Shown here: positions 39,887-52,500 of the stretch, piece after piece
Numbering within the stretch: position 1 is the first letter of the stretch
Layout: the number at the start of each line of letters is the position of its first letter
NCBI GenBank assembly: GCA_000934665.2
Contig: JYFJ02000715.1
Coordinates: 1 to 64,000, forward strand
Length of the DNA: 64,000 nt
Direction: 5' to 3'
From: Catajapyx aquilonaris
Lineage: Eukaryota
Translations under genes and position numbers: made by a program
The notes under the pieces: generated by a model
What the model was told of the DNA's origin: nothing
Database searches by the model: none
What the model saw: only the letters and a program-made list of their open reading frames with translations

Positions 39887-42800
39887 AAGGTGTACAGGTT
39901 TTTTTTGCTCATATTTTGGGCTGCTAATTATTGTGCAATCCTTGAGCTTCCCTAATTATCCACACTTACGTGCGAAATTATCAGGAGTTGGTCAAAGTTT
40001 GTTCATTATTATTATTACACCTGAGTCGGCTTTTAATTACGGATTCATCACCTGGCTTCTCAGCCTTCACCTGGTGACCCAGATTTTCTTGGGAGATTAG
40101 GAAAAGCTGTTTGTATTTATGTAGTTTGCAAGACCCTCTTTTCCGCATATCCGTTTCATTATGAAAGACCATATAAATATTTTACGCCGAGCATCTGCAA
40201 AACTTTTTTATTTTTAGCAAGTGAGAAATATTCTGGGAATAATTTATTATCTCCAGGACGGAAGAAATTTGCATCCTCATTAAGCAGTCACTCAATTCTC
40301 TTTGATTTGGACCTGGAAAGAAGGGGGGGAAACGGCGACAAAAAAATAAAATTAAGAAAGAAAGAGTAAGGATTTTGAAATGTGTCCCCCTCGAAAATCC
40401 CCGTTTGAAAGCAGCGAAGAATTTGTAAAATTAGGACTAGTTATTTGCATGCAGTGCAATTAAGGATGAAAATGAACCCAGGGAAGATCCGGCCAAAAAA
40501 AGGCGATGAAGCAACCGGAGAGATCCACTCAGGATTACAAGGAACCCAAAACAAAAATGTTGTGTATTGGACACCTCATAACAGATGTATTCAATTAAAA
40601 TCCTGGTGGCATTTTATCACCAATTTAATTACGGGACCTGGAATTGTAGCAACAAATCATGACTTCCCCGAATCTCATTTATTCCGTGGAAAACGAGCCC
40701 CATCTTGATTTGCAACATTTTGTAAAATATCTGCATCACGCAAAGACTTTGCCTTGTCTGTACTTCCTCACCTGCTTTTTGCACAAAAGATGCAGCACAA
40801 CAGAAGCGGACAGCTCAACCAGAAAAAAGAAGAAGAAGAAGACGAAGTACAGAGAGAAAGAGAGGAAAAAAAAATGAAGAGGCAACCCCCCCTTGGGAAA
40901 TTTGGGCCTAGGTTGGGAGCTATTGAAGCAGGATTGAGCAGCAGTTATCAAAGTGCGGGTAAAAGGGATTCGTGCAGCTTCTGGATCTCGCGGCTTTGCA
41001 ATATCTGCAGGGGAAGGATGACGACAAAAAAATATATATATATAGACACATAATGTGGCCTTGTGGGAGGCTATATATGGCTGTGGGACGAGTAAACACA
41101 TAAAGAGTCTGTCCAGCTAGTGTATGCAAATTTAGGAAACTACATGCACGTTGGTGATGGGTCACCGCGCGGTCAAAGCCCACCAGGGTGCTATAACCAT
41201 TGAAGTGAGTGACCGCTATTTGTCCTATAATATTGTTGAAAAGAGAAAGTGAAAACTACATATATAGGCGATTAGTCAACACGGACATATAAGCAGACAC
41301 ACAGAATAAGGGGATTATAGTATGATAGTGCAAAACTAGGTAGGCTACATACCTGTTGCTGGCACTAGCTCCTGTGAATCATTTCCAACAAATTACTCTA
41401 ACATTTCAGGATCATATTAACATTTGATAACTTCGATTATCCCGTATGCATGTAATAGGCTATTGAATGCGGCTTAGAATTTAAAAAAAAAAGAAAAACT
41501 GATTTTAAATTATTGTACATGACAGTTTAGTAGCCTGCAGGTCTGTGCTGGTACAATATAGCTTCAGAATAATTATGGGAAATATGTATATACATACAAA
41601 GTGCCCTGCAACCATATTCGGGGAATTTATAATAACCCAAACTGTAAAACCCTCTCCCCATATCGATTCTACATGATGTGGGAGGTGGGGGTCTACCTCC
41701 GTACCCAGAGTTGCGGGTGAGGATTGAACCCCAGTCCCGACCTTGCAGACATGTTGGTGATTTACGCACTCCTCATTAATCTGCATTTGACATGCCCTAA
41801 TGAAAGAGCAAACAGCATTCTGGAGCACGGAGTTGGGGTCTAAAGTCGGTGTGTTGGAAACAACCATCCCCACATGTACTAGCATAATATGATGAAATAT
41901 TGACAGGATTGATCATAAATTCAATCATGGTGTATAGTTTATACATATAGGACGCGCTTAAAATTTATTTATTTTTGGCCACAACTTACACCTTGTACTT
42001 GCAGAGAGGTGTTGTTACCTCCAGCAAGCGCACAGGTCGTTGACAGCATTTCATAACTCATTAACCGATCTCTTCTCATCTGTCATTATGCTCAGCTTCA
42101 GGCGAGATCCAGGGCACTTCATTTAGAGTTAATAATTGGTTTGAGCGAAGGTGAGGCATGCAGTTAATTTCTGAAGATGGCCCGGCGCATGGTGCACAAT
42201 AAATTTCGTTTGGGTTCATCATAAACCTTCAGCTGAGAGAGCCCAAGCGATGCACATGAGGAGGCCTCTAATTGAACCCCCTCCCCCTCCTCATCCTCCA
42301 GCAACGCCAAAGAGAGACCTGATTTTCGTCGTCTCGACGAGAGAGAGAACGCCGAGGATAAAACATAATTTTCCAGAAAATTCGATTAGCACTTCCGAGT
42401 TGTTATATTACACGAAATGGTTCCTAATAAAATGATAATAATCCATCCATGAACTCTGAGACAGCAAGGGCTAGAGGCTGGTCCTAACAAATATTTGCGC
42501 TCAGTTTGGCGGAATCGGTTTGCCCCCCCCCCCCCGTCCTCTTCTATTTGTTAACAGGTCTGCAAACACGCCGCTGTAATCATTCTGTAGGCGTATATGT
42601 GTATACTCTCTGAGGACTGCGGGGGAGGTCAGGGAGTGGGTTGGGGTGGTTTTCAAATAAAAAAATTAAATTCTGTGAAAACCGGCCAAGTGTGATGTAT
42701 GTATATGAGCGAACAAATAGTGCTTTCAAAATCGGGTTATATATATTTTTTAAAAAAAGTCGCAGTGGCAGTTAACCCAGTTATTCCGATGAGGGGAGGG

Positions 42801-45800
42801 GAAAAAAAGAGTGGCGCAAAATTGATTAAAGTTTTCTCCATATTTTGTAGCTAATTAGAGCCCTGTGCGCGATATTCTCCAATCGGCAAGTGAACCATGA
42901 TATCGTTTTTGACCGGAGCCGATGACTTTCCTCGCCCCGAAGGAAAGTTTCTTCTAATAGAATTAATCTTCTCATTAGAACATCGCCCCCCCTAAAGCTT
43001 CTCATTTCGCAGACCCTTTCATGCAAGAAAAGAGATACCTCCCTTTTGTAGATCCGTCTTGCTATATATAGAGAGAGAAGGTGCACTGGATATTCATAAG
43101 TGAACAAAAAAAAACGAATTGAAATGATAATTTCACTGGTTTAGTTCAAGCTGCAGGTGCACTCTAAAAAAATGTATCCAATGCAATTAATGTGTTCGTG
43201 AAAGTATAATATTGGTGTAATGGGGGTCATGTTAAAGAAATCAGTGCTGATATATCAGGGCAAATATTTTACTCGAATAGTAACCAGCAAATAATTGAAA
43301 AGCAAATTGAATGCTAAAAATATCTGTCTCCTGAAATTCAGGGAATATTCACATGTCGTTCTGCGTGTAAATAATTTCACCTTCCTAGTCGGATGGAGTG
43401 GATTGATGTTGCTAACAAAGTGAAACTCTTCATTTCGAAAATTACGAGAACCTCCTGTTATCTGCTGTGCAGGACCGTTACCGACGAGCTCAAGTCCAAT
43501 GAACTGGAGCGGGGACCAGACCTGGCTGGACACGATCTGACCTCCCCAAACGCAATTACGTCAGTTTCCAGGTGAGGGGAGGATTTACCATAATTGGCTT
43601 TGGTACCAGTGGAAAGTCTGTATTTTCTGACGAAGTGCCCTTCCCCATCCAAAGTGCGCAAATATATTGCAAAAATACTGGAAAAAGAAGAAGATGCACA
43701 TTCAGTGAATTGAAATTGTTTAGTTGTATGAGAATCTTTTTGAACGAACGGTTGGCACTATCAATGATTATAGTGGGTGTAACGCGCTGTACTTATTTCC
43801 AACGCTACCGTCCTAAGGCTGGCACTGAAAATCATGGTTGATCTTCAACAAACGAGCTTGACTCTATCTCACCGTGTTGCCTTTTCTCGTAACCACCACT
43901 ATTTTTTATTATTATTTGATATTATTTAGTTTGTCTGTCAGGTCGGAAACAGTCGCGCCTTTTGGCAGAACACACACACGCGAGGCCATTCGAATCCCAT
44001 TCAATTCGGGCCAGACTTTTCCATCAAAATGCTTTTCATTTTGTCCCGCCTCAACCTCCGCCACCTTATTACGTGGCGTTGGGGTTCCGGAAACTAACAT
44101 ACAGCCAACCTAATTGTCTTCATTTCCGGCAGTGCGGGGGGTGCAGCCATTGTGAACGCGTCCATCCGGGGGGATCTGCCCTTTTCCTGTCCACAAAAAG
44201 CTGCCCAAAAAATGGTGATGCCTTTGGTGCACCAACCCTTCTAGTTACCTAAAAAAAAAATGGATGGATAGTTTAAAAAAAAAGAGAGAAAGAGTCATGT
44301 ACAGTACCTGTTGAGCTGATAATGAACTTATCGTGTCTGTAACTGTCTGGAGGATTATGAGGCCGCTAAAGCGTCAGGATCGAAAGGTCATCTGCTTCAA
44401 TTTGGTGGGATAAAAAATGGGTTCCATTTGAGCGTAATTCCGAGAGATTTGTGTCCATGTGAATGGCGATGGGAGTCAATTGGAGTCAGATTTGATAACA
44501 TTGTCCGGGGAATTGTTGAAAGTATATATGTCACACTTCACTTGATGGGCCTGTTGTTTGACACCAAGTTCTCAGATTATGTGCAGCAGGCACATAATCC
44601 GATATTAGTGATACAGCACAAATTACAGTTAATATTCGGTTTATGCAACTTAATGGGCATCAGTTGCATGGATTTTGCAGGTTGTCATGCGCCAATAAAT
44701 CTTGCTGCACGTCTGCCAGTGTCATATCCTACAATTTTTGGTTCATGTTAAGGCGTGAAGGATATCCTGTTTGCGCAATGAAAATGGCGATTCCCCGTAT
44801 TTTATAGGGGCAACCACTAAAGCCGGAAATGTCCATAAAACATCACATTTGTCATGCACACACCAAAAAAAAATATGTGTCCGATAAGGGCTATACCTTG
44901 AGCGATCTCCTAACGTGCACATATGGAGATTTGAATCGAAAAAAAAGCCAAATCCGACGTCGACTGAGTGGACATGTATTGGACATGGTCCATCCATCCG
45001 GATTTTGTGTGACTGAAATCCGGATGCAGACTAAGCTTGTTTGCAATCGTCCGCCGCACTTTTTGTTGTCTACTTTACCAGTAAAGATTGGATTACTCGG
45101 GGAGACTTGAGTACAAAAAGGATGACAAGATGCAAATATGTGAGGCTTGGATCACTGTCAATTTGTTATCACATTCAACTTATTGCAATTTTTATATGAA
45201 AAAGCAAGGTGTACAGTTCTGTGAAAATAATATTCCACATTGTCACTCGAATAATTATTTTATTTGCATACTTGCTGCGCATGTCGTGTTATCTATATTT
45301 ACCTGACCGTTTACACGCTTTTGACCCTCTTCCTCACTGATGTTTTATTCGATTTGTAAACAGGTCAACTAGTTTGGAACTTGCACTTGATATTGCGCCC
45401 TACAGAAAGTTTTAGGACTTCAAAAGCAGCTCTGTTGGGCCGAGTAAAGGTGCTCGGGTTTCACTTCATTAGCACTAATTGGAGTGAATGATTTTACAGG
45501 AATGAAGTGTTCAGGTGATTCGAGGTTTACATTTTCGTTCCCTCCTCAGACCGAGCTAAGTACGAGTTGAAAGAAAATAAGCTTTCGTTTGCTCTCTATA
45601 TATAGATACGCAATACTGAACATGGATATAATAATAATAATAGGAATACATGCATGGATAAGTTTTTTGGCCAATAAATTGAGTGTCGATTGAAGCATTT
45701 TAGCATTTAAAATATACTTGGCGTCGTTGGAAATTATTAAATTTTCACCAGATTTATTAACAATGGGGTAAGAACTGCACCTACATAATTATTAGGTCTA

Positions 45801-46343
45801 CAAATTTGGCATTGAGAAAGTGTAGATGTTAATGCAAATAAAATTACTGGTATATGTTCTTTTCCAGTTAGCAAAACATGTACGTATCAATTTACGGCAT
45901 TTTGATTTGAGCTTACCACTAATGAAGATCGGAAACCAATCATTAGGCAAGAAATGTTTGATAAATATTTGTCGAAAACTCCTGGGAACGTTACGTAAAC
46001 ACAGATAACTTCTAACGTTCTCAATTTCCCCCCCAGAAACCCAACTGTATACTTAAGTTACAGCAGAGGCTGCCTATATATGTGGGGTATATATAACCCA
46101 CCCTCCTTTCTATTGCCCGTCTCTTATATCCCACGGCGCCACTCCAAAACTGCCTCAGAAGCTGATGGTAGGTTCCTCTTTTCCGCCCCCCCCCCCTCCA
46201 AAAAAAAACGATTCAATCAAACTCTCTGTATTTGTAAACACATTTTGGAAATGCATCTGGGCTCTTCTATGCACCAGTTCAAGTGATATTTACACACAAC
46301 ACAGTAATGATTGAATGCACATGTGCATATAAGTCCCAGAAAT

Positions 46344-46344
<1 letters not shown>

Positions 46345-46417
<73 letters not shown>
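46345..46417. repeat. (ATT)n microsatellite
   Basis: About 24 perfect ATT units. Confidence 0.95.
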
Positions 46418-47024
46418 GGAGTGTTCAGCCTGGGGGTTCAGTTGAGACGGATAGATTTAAGCTGATTTCCTGGCACTGATTAAGGTGCTATTGAGTTTGA
46501 AAACAAGGCAGTTAGGAAGGTGTCGAGGTCCGGTTTGGGTCGTGTCCTTACAGCGTGTAATTGAATGCGAACTTGTCGAGGGGGGCAGCAGAGCAGACCC
46601 AACGGTGTAAATGAGAAATTCTGGTTTTAACTGTGCCTCGTCCTAATAAAGTTCATCACTCATCCAGGCAGAGCATAGTGAGAGAGAGAGAGAGAGAGAT
46701 AGTCTCCCTATACTATATATCGCAATCGCCTTTTCTCCTACACAACTGCTAATTTCCACGGACGCACTTCCGATTTATTAAGTAGCCTTTGAAGTGCAAA
46801 TGAAGCGGCAAACGATGCAGCTAAATGGGATTTCGTTGGGCGGGTTCAGAGGGAAAAGGTGGGGAGATGGAGGGAGTTGGGGGGAAGGCGGGGCATCACA
46901 CAATCCCAAATGGACGCCTCTGACTTTTATCTACTCAGTCTTTTCATCAGAATATATTCCATGTTTTAGAAACTCACTCATAATCGCATGGTATATATGG
47001 CGCATGACGGCTAAATCTTATACA

Positions 47025-47784
47025 TAGTTGACTCCGGATATAACAGACTTCAAGGGACCGCGGAAAAGAGTATGTTTATTTATTTATTTATTTTTTATTT
47101 CATACCCCGTGCTAGAGCCTTTGGCTCCCTTAGGGGGGTGGATTACCACCATTGGATGGGACAAGGGATAGGGAAGGAAGCGGCTGTGGCCTATTTTTAC
47201 GGAAACGACCCCGGAATTGTCCTGGGGGGGGGGGGACCATGGAAAACCACAGAAAACCATGGTCAGGGTCGCTGGCCCCGGGATTCGAACCCAAAGGAAA
47301 AGAGTATGTTATAACCGGGTCTGTTATAGCCACATCGCCACTTTTGAAACAAATACACTGCTTTACATAAGCTTATAATGCACACGACTGCGTTTATTAA
47401 CGAAACTATCCACAAAAATGCAAAGTTAGCTCACCCGTAAATTAAATAGATGGGGCAACCAAAAGAAAATTAATTATCCGTAATTTTCTTCTGCCGTCTC
47501 CTTGTTGCCAAATATACCAGAAAAACAATCATTTTTAGTAGCTTAGATCAGTGACATATGCAAAATATCCCCCCCTCTCCCCCACTGCAGTATTTGAAGA
47601 ATCAAAAACAGCAAATTTTCCCTGCGAGAGGTCCAAAAAAATGGTATGTTATAGCCGAGGCGGGGTAAAAATTAGTCTGTTACATAAGGACTAAAAAATA
47701 CACAGCGCCTTGTGCGGAAATATGGCGAGACTGGCCTTTTCTAGTCTGTTATAACCGAAAGTCGGTTATATCCGGAGTCAACTG
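47025..47784. mobile_element. Pogo/Tc1-type MITE, family A, interrupted by a SINE
   Basis: TAGTTGACTCCGGATATAAC...GTTATATCCGGAGTCAACTG TIRs. Confidence 0.8.
47077..47295 (-). mobile_element. 5'-truncated tRNA-derived SINE with a 15-bp TSD
   Basis: Same family as 16791-17086 (B-box GGTTCGAATCC, gaaaaccacagaaaacca, cataccccg) with an (AAAT)n tail on the minus strand. Flanked by GGAAAAGAGTATGTT at 47062-47076 and 47296-47310. Confidence 0.85.
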
Positions 47785-48002
47785 CTGTAGACCTACATAC
47801 GGTTATATAAAAGGGGAAGTTTGTCGGTATGTCTCATTTCCCTCCCCCTGCCGCCCTTATTAACAATGGGTGACCATGGCAACGGGTCTCCATAGCAACG
47901 GGGGTTACCGTGCATGGCAACCGTGGAAAAGGTGTGTCCATGGCAACGGGATATTGCCATTAGGGTATACTCAGAGAACATGTTAGTGAAACAGATAAAT
48001 TA

Positions 48003-48196
48003 ATTATTTTTCGAGAACAACCGAGTGCGCCACACCGTTCGCGCAGGTTGCAGTGTTGGCATTATCAATGATATCTGGCACGCTGTTGGGTGTCCTGGTA
48101 AAAATAATGGGCGTTGCACTTATTTCCAACGTTGACGTATAATAATGGACCTGCGCAAGTGTGGGTGCGCACTCGGTTGAGCTCGTAAAAAATATA
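48003..48196. mobile_element. MITE family D
   Basis: ATTATTTTTCGAGAACAACCGAGTGCGC...GCGCACTCGGTTGAGCTCGTAAAAAAT inverted ends. Confidence 0.7.
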
Positions 48197-49362
48197 TAGG
48201 GAATAGGGGACATGTTTTCCGAGTATACTTTCCAACTCTTTATTTCATACCCATCCAACAAGCATGCTCCTTCTTTACCCTCACAGAGCACTATTAGCAC
48301 AGGATTTTGAAGGTGGGATTAGATACCTCGGGTAGTGCACACAAGGTCCAGGCCTCCCTCAGATTTGCTTGGCCGCACTATCGGAACCGTGCACATATCC
48401 GCTTCATCTGCCTTCTGTTTACTCCGTGCTGAAAACACAAGGGGATGCTGTAGTATTGATCTCTCTTGTACCTCCTCCTCTCTACTCTCTCTCTCTCTCT
48501 CTGGTCCTTTTTTTCTTACCCGGATTCGAGCCCCATCCCTGGCACCCTACTAAATAGAATTTACGGGCAAGTGTTAGTCAAGGCCAATGTTATTCCTATT
48601 TATTCATTCCCCGTATTTCTGGTTTTGCTGTGGGGGTTGGAGGATGACGGGTTAAGAGAAATTCCGGGGGAATATTAGGCCCATACGGAAGTGTGTGCGA
48701 CGACCACCTGCGTTTCGGCATTTTCATATGTCTCTCTGTAGGTTTTGCTTCAATATTTTGTGCAGCTTTCTCGGGTCCCATTTGTCAACCCGGATTCTAC
48801 CGCTCACGTATTTTATATGGTACAGATGAAAATAAAGAAAACGGATGAAGGCCAACCACCCGCGCAAACCCACCCTTTGAGAACTCGTCTATAAAACTAT
48901 GAGGCATTCACCTGATGCTGCATCTTTTGTGCCTTCTCTCCCCCCCTCTTGTTCAGGATTGGGTTTTGAGAGAGCCCGTTTTGAGGGGAAGGAAGAGAGA
49001 GAAAAAAAAGAATACGAGAAAAAAGAATTCTGTAACTAGGCCTATGTGCTCTATATGGGTGATGTTATGGTCTGATGCACATTTTTATGGCTTTCAGTAT
49101 TAATTTAGCTGGCGGTGGAGTGAGGAATCAGAGGGAAAAAGATCCAATCTGAAGCTGAAAATGTGAGGAGGAACCAAAAAGGCGAACCCTGGAGAAAATG
49201 TGAGAAATTGGGAATATTACTTCCCTTTTTTTCCCCTCCTTCATCCTTTACAAAAAAGAAAGTCAATACACCTTATTCAGCAGAGTGACGAATTTTAAAA
49301 TATGACGCTTGTCAAGTAGGCCTACTGGAAAATGGTACAGTGCTGGACATTAATTCCTTCAT

Positions 49363-49576
49363 ACTGCTAGCGACATTTTCCGATGCGGAAGACGTGCAAA
49401 TCGACGTGCGCGACGTGCGAGTAAGAAATGGTAGGCCTTGGGTGACGTCACTGGCTGAGAACAAGCCTTTTCTCCATTGACCCTCAGCCGATGACGTCAC
49501 TCAAGGCCTACCTCTTCTTACTCGCACGGCTCACACTCGCTTTGCACTTTGCCGCACAGAAAATGTCGCTAGCAGT
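49363..49576. mobile_element. Palindromic (foldback) MITE-like element
   Basis: ACTGCTAGCGACATTTT...AAAATGTCGCTAGCAGT ends. Inner arms GTGCGAGTAAGAA..GGTAGGCCTTG.GTGACGTCA pair with TGACGTCACTCAAGGCCTACC..TTCTTACTCGCAC. Confidence 0.75.
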
Positions 49577-52500
49577 CCAACACTATACAATTCTCGATGT
49601 ATAACATTTTTAGAATGTATTCAAAGCCTACTGCACGAATATATATTTCCACTCGATACGCTCCTCCCTGTTGGACTCCGCCACCATTGCGCGCCTTCGG
49701 CGCTTGGCATCCCCGCCAATTCGGGATTGGTATCACTGGAGAGAAGGTCGTATTTCCAATCTCCGAATGTTTCTTGGCGAAAAGAGGCTGCACTGAGCAA
49801 GAAAATTGACATGGAAGTGCGGATCGAACATTATTCTCTTTTGCACCTCTAAGCAATTTTGTAGCTGCTGCTTCAAAGGGTACCGTATAGTTTTGTGTAT
49901 AGAAAGGGAAAAGGGGTGGGGGGGAGTGAGGTAGGGTGTGCTGGATAAATCCACAAACCCAGGGCATGTTCTCGCCGAATCTGCAGGACAAAACCGGGGC
50001 TTGGAAGAAGCTCGCATAACATGCATACGAAATGACTATTTCCTTCCAGCAGTGCAGCCAATGTTATTAACGCTCGCATTTAAGCCGGCAAATCCAGAGC
50101 TTTCTCTCTCCCTTCCCCTGGAGGAGGCCACAAGTCCCCAAACTATATTGAAACTTAAAATAGGTCTAATCGCTGGCTATGAATTCAGATGAGGGACAAG
50201 ATGTTCGGCTCTGATCTGCCGCTGTCGTGTCGAGACGATTTGGGATGGGGGAGAGGGGGGGGGGAACTATTCATTACCGGGGCCTGAATACTACTAAGGA
50301 CTCGGGCCTTGATTGAATTGCTTCAGACAGGATTTGTGCCACCTGCAGTTTACCTGAAAGTCAACTCTAAGATGCTGGGCTGGGATCAGGCTGATGGGAA
50401 AACAGGCCTTGTTGTTATACTATAGGTCAAAGGATTATGTTCAATTAATAATATGCACCTGAGATATGTTTGTTAGAGAAACTATACGGAAGAACTTTCG
50501 TAATGGGCGACCAAATGTGGCAGGGGTAGGGGCACGTTGCACCAACAAACCGGAACTACCTGTTACATCGGTTTTCTAACTTATAATGCTGTCAGTTCAA
50601 TGGAAAAAATTTTATTTGACCAGAATTGTCGAAAGTGTGCAAAATGGTAATTTTCTGAGAGGCATTTGTAGCACTTACATAATCCAAACGTTCATTATTT
50701 TACATGCTTAACACCTGCGCAATTAGCATGCAAAGCCCAACATTATTGCCTAACAAAAATATGCCGCTTCATCAATTTTGAAGCAGCCACTTATGCAAGG
50801 CAATATTCCTGCAATATTCCCCTTCGCGTTTGTATTTTAATTTTTTTTAACCACTCCAGCAGCAGCTCCGCTTGACCTCAAAACAGGAACTTATTTTCGA
50901 ACAGGTAATGAATGTCCTACAGGTGAATTATCGCAGAGTTAATGGCTATTTTCACGGGCAGTCATTTGCCTTAGCAAGAGAACCTATCAGCTTTGCGACT
51001 CGCTTGTGTCGACGCTTCTCGCGTATGAAATTGGATGAAATTTTTATGAGAGAGAGAAAAAAAAGAGTTTTGTTCCTACTGCTTTTGGATCCCGGATCTT
51101 GCCTGGATGGGCTGGGCTTTTCAAGGGGGGGGTTATGACAGAGAAGAGGCGAGTATTAAAAAATTTTAAAAAATATTTAAAAGGGTGAATCCCTCTGCCT
51201 TGCATCGAACAACAATCCAGTAACACGATTTCACGCTCACACGTTAAGGCTAACCGTATGTCAACCTTAATTGTATTTTGCAGCGCCACATGTGTGTGAT
51301 ATCAGCGTTATCCAGACCTACGGGGCTGAATGTATGGCACTTAATCTGTGTTAATGCGTTCTAAAAAATTCAGGACGGAGAAGAAAAACTCTTTTCGGAT
51401 TGGAGAGTCACAAAGAGCGTTGGAGCCAATTGAAACCCGGTGTGCAGAAAGTGTGGATTACAATTTTAAATTACTATGTGCAACGGGCGTAGAAATCACA
51501 CCAGTACTTCTTACACTCTCTGTACAGTGGACGTTATGAAGTCCTTGCATGATCCGATTCTACTGAATTAAATTGTGGAATGCGCTGAATTCATCAATAA
51601 AGTAGAAATATTGTAAGTGATTACAAATCAACAGTGTGCATGAAATATAAATTCAAAACATGTAACATCTGATGTTATTCTCTGCAAAATGTGTGTCACT
51701 GTTTGTCCTGAAATTTTATTGACATGGGCAGCTTTTTTTCCAAATCTAGGACGCACTTTACTGGCAGCATATTGGAGAATATTTACGTATATGGAGCCAT
51801 GGCGCACAGCAGGGTTGGCAGGGTCGCAACATCTTACAGGATACAGTGAAAGCTCTTCCTGCAAGAGCAAAAATTTGATTTCCACGATATAACTAATTTA
51901 GCGAAGCCTTTTACTCATAAATGGGGAGGGCAGACCGGTATGAAAGGGGAATAAAAATGGATTATTGTTTTAGCAAATCAGGAGCAAGTAACAATGCCTG
52001 TCGCAAGCTGCCACAAATTGAAGTCTTTGTAAGGGAGGAGATGGCGAACGCCGCCGACAGGAAGTTGAACTAGTTCAATTATTAAGGCCTATGTCGGAGG
52101 AAACATGGATGGGAACAAAACACCACAACTAAATACTTCCAATGATGGAAGCTCCCAATGTTCACTAACTTTCTTCCTTCTATTTTCTATTTTAATTTTT
52201 TTTCTTCTTCAACATTCAAATCGAATAAAGTGCTATAGTGCTTGACATATATGTAATCCACACTTAGTTGAAACACCCTGTACCGAAATGAACTTGCGGC
52301 ATGTCGGCCGGGGATCCTGGACCATATTGTCAATAGAATGGGGTTAGTGCGTGGAATGCCCCCTGCCATTGACAGAGAAGTACAATAGGTATGTGAAAGG
52401 GAGAAGGAAATTTCCGGAGACAGATCCGATCCTTCTCTTCTCTCCGGAACTCACCCGGATCCTTTCCCATTCTTTATGCCCCCCCTTTGCCTTTAAGGAA

